Shown here piece after piece: positions 10,801 to 25,800 of a DNA stretch of 64,000 nt. Below the pieces are notes generated by a model. That model had not been told where the DNA came from, did not search any database, and was given only the letters and a program-made list of their open reading frames with translations. A program made the position numbers and the translations under genes. Positions within the stretch are counted from its first letter, which is position 1, and each line of letters opens with the position of its first letter. This DNA comes from the human T2T-CHM13v2.0 reference genome, Homo sapiens. The DNA is taken from NCBI RefSeq assembly GCF_009914755.1, contig NC_060947.1. One strand, 5' to 3'.

Positions 10801-13800
10801 CAGATTCTGCCAAAAGAATATTTCAAAACTGCTCTATGAAAAGCAATGTTAAACTCTGTGGCTCGAACACAAACATCACAAAGCGGTTTCTGAGAATGCT
10901 TCAGTTTAGTTTTTCTGTGGAAATATTCCCGTTTCCAAAGAAATCTTCAAAGAGGTCCACGTATCCACTTACAGATTCTACAAAAAGACAGTTTCAAAAC
11001 TGCTCCATCAAAAGGAGGGTTCAACTGTGTGACTTGAATGCAATCATCACTCAGAAGTTTCTGAGAATGCTTCTCTTTAGTTTTTACGTGAACATATACC
11101 CGTTTCGAACGAAGGCCAGCCAGTGGTCCAAATATCCACTTGCAGATTCTACAGAAAGAGTGTTTCGAACCTGAACTCTCAAAGGCAGGTTCATCTCTGC
11201 GAGTTAAATGCATTCATCATGAAGAACTTTCTCAGAGTGTTTGTGTTTAGTTATGGGAAATTATTCCCGTTTCCAACGAAATCCTCAGAGAGCTCCAAAT
11301 ATCCACCTGCAGATTCTACCAAAAGTGTATTTGGAAACTGCTCCATCAAAAGGCATGTTCAGCTCTGTGAGTGAAACTCCATCATCACAAAGAATATTCT
11401 GAGAATGCTTCCGTTTGCCTTTTATATGAAGTTCCTTCCTATACGACCGTAGGCCTCAAAGCAGTCCAAATCTCCATTTGCAGATTCTACAAAAAGAGTG
11501 ATTCCAATCTGCTCTATCAATAGGATTGTTCAACTCCATGAGTTGAATGCCATCCTCACAAAGTCGTTTCTGAGAATGCTTCTATCTAGTTTTTATGTGA
11601 AGATATTTCCTTTTCCACCACAGGCCTCAAAGCCCTCCAAACGTCCACTTGCAGATTCTCGAAAAAGAGTGTTTCATAGCTGCTCTTTCAAAAGGAAAGT
11701 TCAACTCTGGGAGTTGAATACAAACATCACAAAGTAGTTTCCGAGAATGCTTCTGTTTAGTTTTTATGTGAAGATGATCCCGTTTCCAGTGAAATCTTCA
11801 AAGAGGTCCACATATCCCCTTGCAGATTCCAAAGAAAGAGGGTTTCAAAACTGCTCCATCAGAAGGATTGTTCAACTCTGTGAGTTGAATGCAGTCATCG
11901 CAGAAAACTTTCTGAGAATGCTTCTGTCTAGGTTTGATGTGAAGATATAGACGTTTCAAACGAAGGCTACAAAGTGGTCAAAATATACACTTGCAGATTC
12001 TACTACAAGGGTGTTGCAAACCTGAACTATCAAAGGAAGGTTCAACTCTGTGAGTTGAATACAAACATCACAAAGAATGTTCTGAGTTTGCTTCCGTTCA
12101 GTTATGGGAAGTTGATCCCGTTTCCAACGAAATCCTCAGAGAGGTCCAAATATCCCCTTGCAGATTCTACAAAACGTGTGTTTGGAAACTGCTCCATCAT
12201 AACGAATGTTCAGCTCCCTGAGTTAAACTCCATCGTCACAAAGAATTTTCTGAGAGTGCTACCGTCTGGTTTTTATATGAAGCTCTTTCCTTCACTACCA
12301 CAGGCCTCAAAGCGGTCCAAATCTCCACTTGCAGATTCTACAAAAAGAGTGTTTGCAAACTGCTCTATCAAAAGGAATGTTCAACTCTGGGAGTTGAATG
12401 CAATCATCACAGAGCAGTTTCTGAGAATGCTTCTATGTCGTTTTTAGGAGAAGATATTTCCTTTTCCAACACAGTCCTCCAAGCCCGCTAAATAGCCACT
12501 TGCACATTGTAGAAAAAGTGTGTCAAAGCTGCGCTATCAAAGGGAAAGTTCAACTCTGTGAGGTGAATGCAAACATCCCAAAGAAGTTTCTGAGAATGCT
12601 TCCGTTTAGCTTTTAGGTGAAGATTATCCCGTTTCCAACGAAACCTTCAAAGAGGTCCAAATATCCCCTTGCGGATCCCACAGAAAGAGTGTTTCGAAAC
12701 TGCTGTTTCAAAAGGAATCTTCAACTCTGTGAGTTGAATGCAATCATCCCAAAGAAGTTTCTGACAATGCTTCTCTCTCGTCTTTCTGTGAAGATAAAGG
12801 AAAAGGCTTTCAGGCCTTTGCCACCACAGGCCTGAAAGCGCTCCAAATGTCCACTTGCAGATTCTGCCAAAAGAATATTTCAAAACTGCTCTATGAAAAG
12901 CAATGTTAAACTCTGTGGCTCGAACACAAACATCACAAAGCAGTTTCTGAGAATGCTTCAGTTTAGTTTTTCTGTGGAAATATTCCCGTTTCCAAAGAAA
13001 TCTTCAAAGAGGTCCACGTATCCACTTACAGATTCTACAAAAAGACAGTTTCAAAACTGCTCCATCAAAAGGAGGGTTCAACTGTGTGACTTGAATGCAA
13101 TCATCACTCAGAAGTTTCTGAGAATGCTTCTCTTTAGTTTTTACGTGAACATATACCCGTTTCGAACGAAGGCCAGCCAGTGGTCCAAATATCCACTTGC
13201 AGATTCTACAGAAAGAGTGTTTCGAACCTGAACTCTCAAAGGCAGGTTCATCTCTGCGAGTTAAATGCATTCATCATGAAGAACTTTCTCAGAGTGTTTG
13301 TGTTTAGTTATGGGAAATTATTCCCGTTTCCAACGAAATCCTCAGAGAGCTCCAAATATCCACCTGCAGATTCTACCAAAAGTGTATTTGGAAACTGCTC
13401 CATCAAAAGGCATGTTCAGCTCTGTGAGTGAAACTCCATCATCACAAAGAATATTCTGAGAATGCTTCCGTTTGCCTTTTATATGAAGTTCCTTCCTATA
13501 CGACCGTAGGCCTCAAAGCAGTCCAAATCTCCATTTGCAGATTCTACAAAAAGAGTGATTCCAATCTGCTCTATCAATAGGATTGTTCAACTCCATGAGT
13601 TGAATGCCATCCTCACAAAGTCGTTTCTGAGAATGCTTCTATCTAGTTTTTATGTGAAGATATTTCCTTTTCCACCACAGGCCTCAAAGCCCTCCAAACG
13701 TCCACTTGCAGATTCTCGAAAAAGAGTGTTTCATAGCTGCTCTTTCAAAAGGAAAGTTCAACTCTGGGAGTTGAATACAAACATCACAAAGTAGTTTCCG

Positions 13801-16800
13801 AGAATGCTTCTGTTTAGTTTTTATGTGAAGATGATCCCGTTTCCAGTGAAATCTTCAAAGAGGTCCACATATCCCCTTGCAGATTCCAAAGAAAGAGGGT
13901 TTCAAAACTGCTCCATCAGAAGGATTGTTCAACTCTGTGAGTTGAATGCAGTCATCGCAGAAAACTTTCTGAGAATGCTTCTGTCTAGGTTTGATGTGAA
14001 GATATAGACGTTTCAAACGAAGGCTACAAAGTGGTCAAAATATACACTTGCAGATTCTACTACAAGGGTGTTGCAAACCTGAACTATCAAAGGAAGGTTC
14101 AACTCTGTGAGTTGAATACAAACATCACAAAGAATGTTCTGAGTTTGCTTCCGTTCAGTTATGGGAAGTTGATCCCGTTTCCAACGAAATCCTCAGAGAG
14201 GTCCAAATATCCCCTTGCAGATTCTACAAAACGTGTGTTTGGAAACTGCTCCATCATAACGAATGTTCAGCTCCCTGAGTTAAACTCCATCGTCACAAAG
14301 AATTTTCTGAGAGTACTACCGTCTGGTTTTTATATGAAGCTCTTTCCTTCACTACCACAGGCCTCAAAGCGGTCCAAATCTCCACTTGCAGATTCTACAA
14401 AAAGAGTGTTTGCAAACTGCTCTATCAAAAGGAATGTTCAACTCTGGGAGTTGAATGCAATCATCACAGAGCAGTTTCTGAGAATGCTTCTATGTCGTTT
14501 TTAGGAGAAGATATTTCCTTTTCCAACACAGTCCTCCAAGCCCGCTAAATAGCCACTTGCACATTGTAGAAAAAGTGTGTCAAAGCTGCGCTATCAAAGG
14601 GAAAGTTCAACTCTGTGAGGTGAATGCAAACATCCCAAAGAAGTTTCTGAGAATGCTTCCGTTTAGCTTTTAGGTGAAGATTATCCCGTTTCCAACGAAA
14701 CCTTCAAAGAGGTCCAAATATCCCCTTGCGGATCCCACAGAAAGAGTGTTTCGAAACTGCTGTTTCAAAAGGAATCTTCAACTCTGTGAGTTGAATGCAA
14801 TCATCCCAAAGAAGTTTCTGACAATGCTTCTCTCTCGTCTTTCTGTGAAGATAAAGGAAAAGGCTTTCAGGCCTTTTCCACCACAGGCCTGAAAGCGCTC
14901 CAAATGTCCACTTGCAGATTCTGCCAAAAGAATATTTCAAAACTGCTCTATGAAAAGCAATGTTAAACTCTGTGGCTCGAACACAAACATCACAAAGCGG
15001 TTTCTGAGAATGCTTCAGTTTAGTTTTTCTGTGGAAATATTCCCGTTTCCAAAGAAATCTTCAAAGAGGTCCACGTATCCACTTACAGATTCTACAAAAA
15101 GACAGTTTCAAAACTGCTCCATCAAAAGGAGGGTTCAACTGTGTGACTTGAATGCAATCATCACTCAGAAGTTTCTGAGAATGCTTCTCTTTAGTTTTTA
15201 CGTGAACATATACCCGTTTCGAACGAAGGCCAGCCAGTGGTCCAAATATCCACTTGCAGATTCTACAGAAAGAGTGTTTCGAACCTGAACTCTCAAAGGC
15301 AGGTTCATCTCTGCGAGTTAAATGCATTCATCATGAAGAACTTTCTCAGAGTGTTTGTGTTTAGTTATGGGAAATTATTCCCGTTTCCAACGAAATCCTC
15401 AGAGAGCTCCAAATATCCACCTGCAGATTCTACCAAAAGTGTATTTGGAAACTGCTCCATCAAAAGGCATGTTCAGCTCTGTGAGTGAAACTCCATCATC
15501 ACAAAGAATATTCTGAGAATGCTTCCGTTTGCCTTTTATATGAACTTCCTTCCTATACGACCGTAGGCCTCAAAGCAGTCCAAATCTCCATTTGCAGATT
15601 CTACAAAAAGAGTGATTCCAATCTGCTCTATCAATAGGATTGTTCAACTCCATGAGTTGAATGCCATCCTCACAAAGTAGTTTCTGAGAATGCTTCTATC
15701 TAGTTTTTATGTGAAGATATTTCCTTTTCCACCACAGGCCTCAAAGCCCTCCAAACGTCCACTTGCAGATTCTCGAAAAAGAGTGTTTCATAGCTGCTCT
15801 TTCAAAAGGAAAGTTCAACTCTGGGAGTTGAATACAAACATCACAAAGTAGTTTCCGAGAATGCTTCTGTTTAGTTTTTATGTGAAGATGATCCCGTTTC
15901 CAGTGAAATCTTCAAAGAGGTCCACATATCCCCTTGCAGATTCCAAAGAAAGAGGGTTTCAAAACTGCTCCATCAGAAGGATTGTTCAACTCTGTGAGTT
16001 GAATGCAGTCATCGCAGAAAACTTTCTGAGAATGCTTCTGTCTAGGTTTGATGTGAAGATATAGACGTTTCAAACGAAGGCTACAAAGTGGTCAAAATAT
16101 ACACTTGCAGATTCTACTACAAGGGTGTTGCAAACCTGAACTATCAAAGGAAGGTTCAACTCTGTGAGTTGAATACAAACATCACAAAGAATGTTCTGAG
16201 TTTGCTTCCGTTCAGTTATGGGAAGTTGATCCCGTTTCCAACGAAATCCTCAGAGAGGTCCAAATATCCCCTTGCAGATTCTACAAAACGTGTGTTTGGA
16301 AACTGCTCCATCATAACGAATGTTCAGCTCCCTGAGTTAAACTCCATCGTCACAAAGAATTTTCTGAGAGTACTACCGTCTGGTTTTTATATGAAGCTCT
16401 TTCCTTCACTACCACAGGCCTCAAAGCGGTCCAAATCTCCACTTCCAGATTCTACAAAAAGAGTGTTTGCAAACTGCTCTATCAAAAGGAATGTTCAACT
16501 CTGGGAGTTGAATGCAATCATCACAGAGCAGTTTCTGAGAATGCTTCTATGTCGTTTTTAGGAGAAGATATTTCCTTTTCCAACACAGTCCTCCAAGCCC
16601 GCTAAATAGCCACTTGCACATTGTAGAAAACGTGTGTCAAAGCTGCGCTATCAAAGGGAAAGTTCAACTCTGTGAGGTGAATGCAAACATCCCAAAGAAG
16701 TTTCTGAGAATGCTTCCGTTTAGCTTTTAGGTGAAGATTATCCCGTTTCCAACGAAACCTTCAAAGAGGTCCAAATATCCCCTTGCGGATCCCACAGAAA

Positions 16801-19800
16801 GAGTGTTTCGAAACTGCTGTTTCAAAAGGAATCTTCAACTCTGTGAGTTGAATGCAATCATCCCAAAGAAGTTTCTGACAATGCTTCTCTCTCGTCTTTC
16901 TGTGAAGATAAAGGAAAAGGCTTTCAGGCCTTTTCCACCACAGGCCTGAAAGCGCTCCAAATGTCCACTTGCAGATTCTGCCAAAAGAATATTTCAAAAC
17001 TGCTCTATGAAAAGCAATGTTAAACTCTGTGGCTCGAACACAAACATCACAAAGCGGTTTCTGAGAATGCTTCAGTTTAGTTTTTCTGTGGAAATATTCC
17101 CGTTTCCAAAGAAATCTTCAAAGAGGTCCACGTATCCACTTACAGATTCTACAAAAAGACAGTTTCAAAACTGCTCCATCAAAAGGAGGGTTCAACTGTG
17201 TGACTTGAATGCAATCATCACTCAGAAGTTTCTGAGAATGCTTCTCTTTAGTTTTTACGTGAACATATACCCGTTTCGAACGAAGGCCAGCCAGTGGTCC
17301 AAATATCCACTTGCAGATTCTACAGAAAGAGTGTTTCGAACCTGAACTCTCAAAGGCAGGTTCATCTCTGCGAGTTAAATGCATTCATCATGAAGAACTT
17401 TCTCAGAGTGTTTGTGTTTAGTTATGGGAAATTATTCCCGTTTCCAACGAAATCCTCAGAGAGCTCCAAATATCCACCTGCAGATTCTACCAAAAGTGTA
17501 TTTGGAAACTGCTCCATCAAAAGGCATGTTCAGCTCTGTGAGTGAAACTCCATCATCACAAAGAATATTCTGAGAATGCTTCCGTTTGCCTTTTATATGA
17601 AGTTCCTTCCTATACGACCGTAGGCCTCAAAGCAGTCCAAATCTCCATTTGCAGATTCTACAAAAAGAGTGATTCCAATCTGCTCTATCAATAGGATTGT
17701 TCAACTCCATGAGTTGAATGCCATCCTCACAAAGTCGTTTCTGAGAATGCTTCTATCTAGTTTTTATGTGAAGATATTTCCTTTTCCACCACAGGCCTCA
17801 AAGCCCTCCAAACGTCCACTTGCAGATTCTCGAAAAAGAGTGTTTCATAGCTGCTCTTTCAAAAGGAAAGTTCAACTCTGGGAGTTGAATACAAACATCA
17901 CAAAGTAGTTTCCGAGAATGCTTCTGTTTAGTTTTTATGTGAAGATGATCCCGTTTCCAGTGAAATCTTCAAAGAGGTCCACATATCCCCTTGCAGATTC
18001 CAAAGAAAGAGGGTTTCAAAACTGCTCCATCAGAAGGATTGTTCAACTCTGTGAGTTGAATGCAGTCATCGCAGAAAACTTTCTGAGAATGCTTCTGTCT
18101 AGGTTTGATGTGAAGATATAGACGTTTCAAACGAAGGCTACAAAGTGGTCAAAATATACACTTGCAGATTCTACTACAAGGGTGTTGCAAACCTGAACTA
18201 TCAAAGGAAGGTTCAACTCCGTGAGTTGAATACAAACATCACAAAGAATGTTCTGAGTTTGCTTCCGTTCAGTTATGGGAAGTTGATCCCGTTTCCAACG
18301 AAATCCTCAGAGAGGTCCAAATATCCCCTTGCAGATTCTACAAAACGTGTGTTTGGAAACTGCTCCATCATAACGAATGTTCAGCTCCCTGAGTTAAACT
18401 CCATCGTCACAAAGAATTTTCTGAGAGTGCTACCGTCTGGTTTTTATATGAAGCTCTTTCCTTCACTACCACAGGCCTCAAAGCGGTCCAAATCTCCACT
18501 TCCAGATTCTACAAAAAGAGTGTTTGCAAACTGCTCTATCAAAAGGAATGTTCAACTCTGGGAGTTGAATGCAATCATCACAGAGCAGTTTCTGAGAATG
18601 CTTCTATGTCGTTTTTAGGAGAAGATATTTCCTTTTCCAACACAGTCCTCCAAGCCCGCTAAATAGCCACTTGCACATTGTAGAAAACGTGTGTCAAAGC
18701 TGCGCTATCAAAGGGAAAGTTCAACTCTGTGAGGTGAATGCAAACATCCCAAAGAAGTTTCTGAGAATGCTTCCGTTTAGCTTTTAGGTGAAGATTATCC
18801 CGTTTCCAACGAAACCTTCAAAGAGGTCCAAATATCCCCTTGCGGATCCCACAGAAAGAGTGTTTCGAAACTGCTGTTTCAAAAGGAATCTTCAACTCTG
18901 TGAGTTGAATGCAATCATCACAAAGAAGTTTCTGACAATGCTTCTCTCTCGTCTTTCTGTGAAGATAAAGGAAAAGGCTTTCAGGCCTTTTCCACCACAG
19001 GCCTGAAAGCGCTCCAAATGTCCACTTGCAGATTCTGCCAAAAGAATATTTCAAAACTGCTCTATGAAAAGCAATGTTAAACTCTGTGGCTCGAACACAA
19101 ACATCACAAAGCGGTTTCTGAGAATGCTTCAGTTTAGTTTTTCTGTGGAAATATTCCCGTTTCCAAAGAAATCTTCAAAGAGGTCCACGTATCCACTTAC
19201 AGATTCTACAAAAAGACAGTTTCAAAACTGCTCCATCAAAAGGAGGGTTCTACTGTGTGACTTGAATGCAATCATCACTCACAAGTTTCTGAGAATGCTT
19301 CTCTTTAGTTTTTACGTGAACATATACCCGTTTCGAACGAAGGCCAGCCAGTGGTCCAAATATCCACTTGCAGATTCTACAGAAAGAGTGTTTCGAACCT
19401 GAACTCTCAAAGGCAGGTTCATCTCTGCGAGTTAAATGCATTCATCATGAAGAACTTTCTCAGAGTGTTTGTGTTTAGTTATGGGAAATTATTCCCGTTT
19501 CCAACGAAATTCTCAGAGAGCTCCAAATATCCACCTGCAGATTCTACCAAAAGTGTATTTGGAAACTGCTCCATCAAAAGGGATGTTCAGCTCTGTGAGT
19601 GAAACTCCATCATCACAAAGAATATTCTGAGAATGCTTCCGTTTGCCTTTTATATGAAGTTCCTTCCTATACGACCGTAGGCCTCAAAGCAGTCCAAATC
19701 TCCATTTGCAGATTCTACAAAAAGAGTGATTCCAATCTGCTCTATCAATAGGATTGTTCAACTCCATGAGTTGAATGCCATCCTCACAAAGTCGTTTCTG

Positions 19801-22800
19801 AGAATGCTTCTATCTAGTTTTTATGTGAAGATATTTCCTTTTCCACCACAGGCCTCAAAGCCCTCCAAACGTCCACTTGCAGATTCTCGAAAAAGAGTGT
19901 TTCATAGCTGCTCTTTCAAAAGGAAAGTTCAACTCTGGGAGTTGAATACAAACATCACAAAGTAGTTTCCGAGAATGCTTCTGTTTAGTTTTTATGTGAA
20001 GATGATCCCGTTTCCAGTGAAATCTTCAAAGAGGTCCACATATCCCCTTGCAGATTCCAAAGAAAGAGGGTTTCAAAACTGCTCCATCAGAAGGATTGTT
20101 CAACTCTGTGAGTTGAATGCAGTCATCGCAGAAAACTTTCTGAGAATGCTTCTGTCTAGGTTTGATGTGAAGATATAGACGTTTCAAACGAAGGCTACAA
20201 AGTGGTCAAAATATACACTTGCAGATTCTACTACAAGGGTGTTGCAAACCTGAACTATCAAAGGAAGGTTCAACTCTGTGAGTTGAATACAAACATCACA
20301 AAGAATGTTCTGAGTTTGCTTCCGTTCAGTTATGGGAAGTTGATCCCGTTTCCAACCAAATCCTCAGAGAGGTCCAAATATCCCCTTGCAGATTCTACAA
20401 AACGTGTGTTTGGAAACTGCTCCATCATAACGAATGTTCAGCTCCCTGAGTTAAACTCCATCGTCACAAAGAATTTTCTGAGAGTGCTACCGTCTGGTTT
20501 TTATATGAAGCTCTTTCCTTCACTACCATAGGCCTCAAAGCGGTCCAAATCTCCACTTCCAGATTCTACAAAAAGAGTGTTTGCAAACTGCTCTATCAAA
20601 AGGAATGTTCAACTCTGGGAGTTGAATGCAATCATCACAGAGCAGTTTCTGAGAATGCTTCTATGTCGTTTTTAGGAGAAGATATTTCCTTTTCCAACAC
20701 AGTCCTCCAAGCCCGCTAAATAGCCACTTGCACATTGTAGAAAACGTGTGTCAAAGCTGCGCTATCAAAGGGAAAGTTCAACTCTGTGAGGTGAATGCAA
20801 ACATCCCAAAGAAGTTTCTGAGAATGCTTCCGTTTAGCTTTTAGGTGAAGATTATCCCGTTTCCAACGAAATCTTCAAAGAGGTCCAAATATCCCCTTGC
20901 GGATCCCACAGAAAGAGTGTTTCGAAACTGCTGTTTCAAAAGGAATCTTCAACTCTGTGAGTTGAATGCAATCATCACAAAGAAGTTTCTGACAATGCTT
21001 CTCTCTCGTCTTTCTGTGAAGATAAAGGAAAAGGCTTTCAGGCCTTTTCCACCACAGGCCTGAAAGCGCTCCAAATGTCCACTTGCAGATTCTGCCAAAA
21101 GAATATTTCAAAACTGCTCTATGAAAAGCAATGTTAAACTCTGTGGCTCGAACACAAACATCACAAAGCGGTTTCTGAGAATGCTTCAGTTTAGTTTTTC
21201 TGTGGAAATATTCCCGTTTCCAAAGAAATCTTCAAAGAGGTCCACGTATCCACTTATAGATTCTACAAAAAGACAGTTTCAAAACTGCTCCATCAAAAGG
21301 AGGGTTCAACTGTGTGACTTGAATGCAATCATCACTCACAAGTTTCTGAGAATGCTTCTCTTTAGTTTTTACGTGAACATATACCCGTTTCGAACGAAGG
21401 CCACCCAGTGGTCCAAATATCCACTTGCAGATTCTACAGAAAGAGTGTTTCGAACCTGAACTCTCAAAGGCAGGTTCATCTCTGCGAGTTAAATGCATTC
21501 ATCATGAAGAACTTTCTCAGAGTGTTTGTGTTTAGTTATGGGAAATTATTCCCGTTTCCAACGAAATCCTCAGAGAGCTCCAAATATCCACCTGCAGATT
21601 CTACCAAAAGTGTATTTGGAAACTGCTCCATCAAAAGGCATGTTCAGCTCTGTGAGTGAAACTCCATCATCACAAAGAATATTCTGAGAATGCTTCCGTT
21701 TGCCTTTTATATGAAGTTCCTTCCTATACGACCGTAGGCCTCAAAGCAGTCCAAATCTCCATTTGCAGATTCTACAAAAAGAGTGATTCCAATCTGCTCT
21801 ATCAATAGGATTGTTCAACTCCATGAGTTGAATGCCATCCTCACAAAGTCGTTTCTGAGAATGCTTCTATCTAGTTTTTATGTGAAGATATTTCCTTTTC
21901 CACCACAGGCCTCAAAGCCCTCCAAACGTCCACTTGCAGATTCTCGAAAAAGAGTGTTTCATAGCTGCTCTTTCAAAAGGAAAGTTCAACTCTGGGAGTT
22001 GAATACAAACATCACAAAGTAGTTTCCGAGAATGCTTCTGTTTAGTTTTTATGTGAAGATGATCCCGTTTCCAGTGAAATCTTCAAAGAGGTCCACATAT
22101 CCCCTTGCAGATTCCAAAGAAAGAGGGTTTCAAAACTGCTCCATCAGAAGGATTGTTCAACTCTGTGAGTTGAATGCAGTCATCGCAGAAAACTTTCTGA
22201 GAATGCTTCTGTCTAGGTTTGATGTGAAGATATAGACGTTTCAAACGAAGGCTACAAAGTGGTCAAAATATACACTTGCAGATTCTACTACAAGGGTGTT
22301 GCAAACCTGAACTATCAAAGGAAGGTTCAACTCTGTGAGTTGAATACAAACATCACAAAGAATGTTCTGAGTTTGCTTCCGTTCAGTTATGGGAAGTTGA
22401 TCCCGTTTCCAACGAAATCCTCAGAGAGGTCCAAATATCCCCTTGCAGATTCTACAAAACGTGTGTTTGGAAACTGCTCCATCATAACGAATGTTCAGCT
22501 CCCTGAGTTAAACTCCATCGTCACAAAGAATTTTCTGAGAGTGCTACCGTCTGGTTTTTATATGAAGCTCTTTCCTTCACTACCACAGGCCTCAAAGCGG
22601 TCCAAATCTCCACTTGCAGATTCTACAAAAAGAGTGTTTGCAAACTGCTCTATCAAAAGGAATGTTCAACTCTGGGAGTTGAATGCAATCATCACAGAGC
22701 AGTTTCTGAGAATGCTTCTATGTCGTTTTTAGGAGAAGATATTTCCTTTTCCAACACAGTCCTCCAAGCCCGCTAAATAGCCACTTGCACATTGTAGAAA

Positions 22801-25800
22801 AAGTGTGTCAAAGCTGCGCTATCAAAGGGAAAGTTCAACTCTGTGAGGTGAATGCAAACATCCCAAAGAAGTTTCTGAGAATGCTTCCGTTTAGCTTTTA
22901 GGTGAAGATTATCCCGTTTCCAACGAAACCTTCAAAGAGGTCCAAATATCCCCTTGCGGATCCCACAGAAAGAGTGTTTCGAAACTGCTGTTTCAAAAGG
23001 AATCTTCAACTCTGTGAGTTGAATGCAATCATCACAAAGAAGTTTCTGACAATGCTTCTCTCTCGTCTTTCTGTGAAGATAAAGGAAAAGGCTTTCAGGC
23101 CTTTTCCACCACAGGCCTGAAAGCGCTCCAAATGTCCACTTGCAGATTCTGCCAAAAGAATATTTCAAAACTGCTCTATGAAAAGCAATGTTAAACTCTG
23201 TGGCTCGAACACAAACATCACAAAGCGGTTTCTGAGAATGCTTCAGTTTAGTTTTTCTGTGGAAATATTCCCGTTTCCAAAGAAATCTTCAAAGAGGTCC
23301 ACGTATCCACTTACAGATTCTACAAAAAGACAGTTTCAAAACTGCTCCATCAAAAGGAGGGTTCAACTGTGTGACTTGAATGCAATCATCACTCAGAAGT
23401 TTCTGAGAATGCTTCTCTTTAGTTTTTACGTGAACATATACCCGTTTCGAACGAAGGCCAGCCAGTGGTCCAAATATCCACTTGCAGATTCTACAGAAAG
23501 AGTGTTTCGAACCTGAACTCTCAAAGGCAGGTTCATCTCTGCGAGTTAAATGCATTCATCATGAAGAACTTTCTCAGAGTGTTTGTGTTTAGTTATGGGA
23601 AATTATTCCCGTTTCCAACGAAATCCTCAGAGAGCTCCAAATATCCACCTGCAGATTCTACCAAAAGTGTATTTGGAAACTGCTCCATCAAAAGGCATGT
23701 TCAGCTCTGTGAGTGAAACTCCATCATCACAAAGAATATTCTGAGAATGCTTCCGTTTGCCTTTTATATGAAGTTCCTTCCTATACGACCGTAGGCCTCA
23801 AAGCAGTCCAAATCTCCATTTGCAGATTCTACAAAAAGAGTGATTCCAATCTGCTCTATCAATAGGATTGTTCAACTCCATGAGTTGAATGCCATCCTCA
23901 CAAAGTCGTTTCTGAGAATGCTTCTATCTAGTTTTTATGTGAAGATATTTCCTTTTCCACCACAGGCCTCAAAGCCCTCCAAACGTCCACTTGCAGATTC
24001 TCGAAAAAGAGTGTTTCATAGCTGCTCTTTCAAAAGGAAAGTTCAACTCTGGGAGTTGAATACAAACATCACAAAGTAGTTTCCGAGAATGCTTCTGTTT
24101 AGTTTTTATGTGAAGATGATCCCGTTTCCAGTGAAATCTTCAAAGAGGTCCACATATCCCCTTGCAGATTCCAAAGAAAGAGGGTTTCAAAACTGCTCCA
24201 TCAGAAGGATTGTTCAACTCTGTGAGTTGAATGCAGTCATCGCAGAAAACTTTCTGAGAATGCTTCTGTCTAGGTTTGATGTGAAGATATAGACGTTTCA
24301 AACGAAGGCTACAAAGTGGTCAAAATATACACTTGCAGATTCTACTACAAGGGTGTTGCAAACCTGAACTATCAAAGGAAGGTTCAACTCTGTGAGTTGA
24401 ATACAAACATCACAAAGAATGTTCTGAGTTTGCTTCCGTTCAGTTATGGGAAGTTGATCCCGTTTCCAACGAAATCCTCAGAGAGGTCCAAATATCCCCT
24501 TGCAGATTCTACAAAACGTGTGTTTGGAAACTGCTCCATCATAACGAATGTTCAGCTCCCTGAGTTAAACTCCATCGTCACAAAGAATTTTCTGAGAGTG
24601 CTACCGTCTGGTTTTTATATGAAGCTCTTTCCTTCACTACCACAGGCCTCAAAGCGGTCCAAATCTCCACTTGCAGATTCTACAAAAAGAGTGTTTGCAA
24701 ACTGCTCTATCAAAAGGAATGTTCAACTCTGGGAGTTGAATGCAATCATCACAGAGCAGTTTCTGAGAATGCTTCTATGTCGTTTTTAGGAGAAGATATT
24801 TCCTTTTCCAACACAGTCCTCCAAGCCCGCTAAATAGCCACTTGCACATTGTAGAAAACGTGTGTCAAAGCTGCGCTATCAAAGGGAAAGTTCAACTCTG
24901 TGAGGTGAATGCAAACATCCCAAAGAAGTTTCTGAGAATGCTTCCGTTTAGCTTTTAGGTGAAGATTATCCCGTTTCCAACGAAACCTTCAAAGAGGTCC
25001 AAATATCCCCTTGCGGATCCCACAGAAAGAGTGTTTCGAAACTGCTGTTTCAAAAGGAATCTTCAACTCTGTGAGTTGAATGCAATCATCACAAAGAAGT
25101 TTCTGACAATGCTTCTCTCTCGTCTTTCTGTGAAGATAAAGGAAAAGGCTTTCAGGCCTTTTCCACCACAGGCCTGAAAGCGCTCCAAATGTCCACTTGC
25201 AGATTCTGCCAAAAGAATATTTCAAAACTGCTCTATGAAAAGCAATGTTAAACTCTGTGGCTCGAACACAAACATCACAAAGCGGTTTCTGAGAATGCTT
25301 CAGTTTAGTTTTTCTGTGGAAATATTTCCGTTTCCAAAGAAATCTTCAAAGAGGTCGACGTATCCACTTACAGATTCTACAAAAAGACAGTTTCAAAACT
25401 GCTCCATCAAAAGGAGGGTTCAACTGTGTGACTTGAATGCAATCATCACTCAGAAGTTTCTGAGAATGCTTCTCTTTAGTTTTTACGTGAACATATACCC
25501 GTTTCGAACGAAGGCCAGCCAGTGGTCCAAATATCCACTTGCAGATTCTACAGAAAGAGTGTTTCGAACCTGAACTCTCAAAGGCAGGTTCATCTCTGCG
25601 AGTTAAATGCATTCATCATGAAGAACTTTCTCAGAGTGTTTGTGTTTAGTTATGGGAAATTATTCCCGTTTCCAACGAAGTCCTCAGAGAGCTCCAAATA
25701 TCCACCTGCAGATTCTACCAAAAGTGTATTTGGAAACTGCTCCATCAAAAGGCATGTTCAGCTCTGTGAGTGAAACTCCATCATCACAAAGAATATTCTG

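Larger units (their letters stand above)
1155..17735. repeat. Tandem duplication of a 4-HOR (8,228-bp) block
   Basis: Rare variants recur at +8228: 1762/9990, 1790/10018, 2201/10429, 4592/12820, 6087/14315, 7317/15545, 8217/16445. The boundaries are approximate. Confidence 0.88.
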
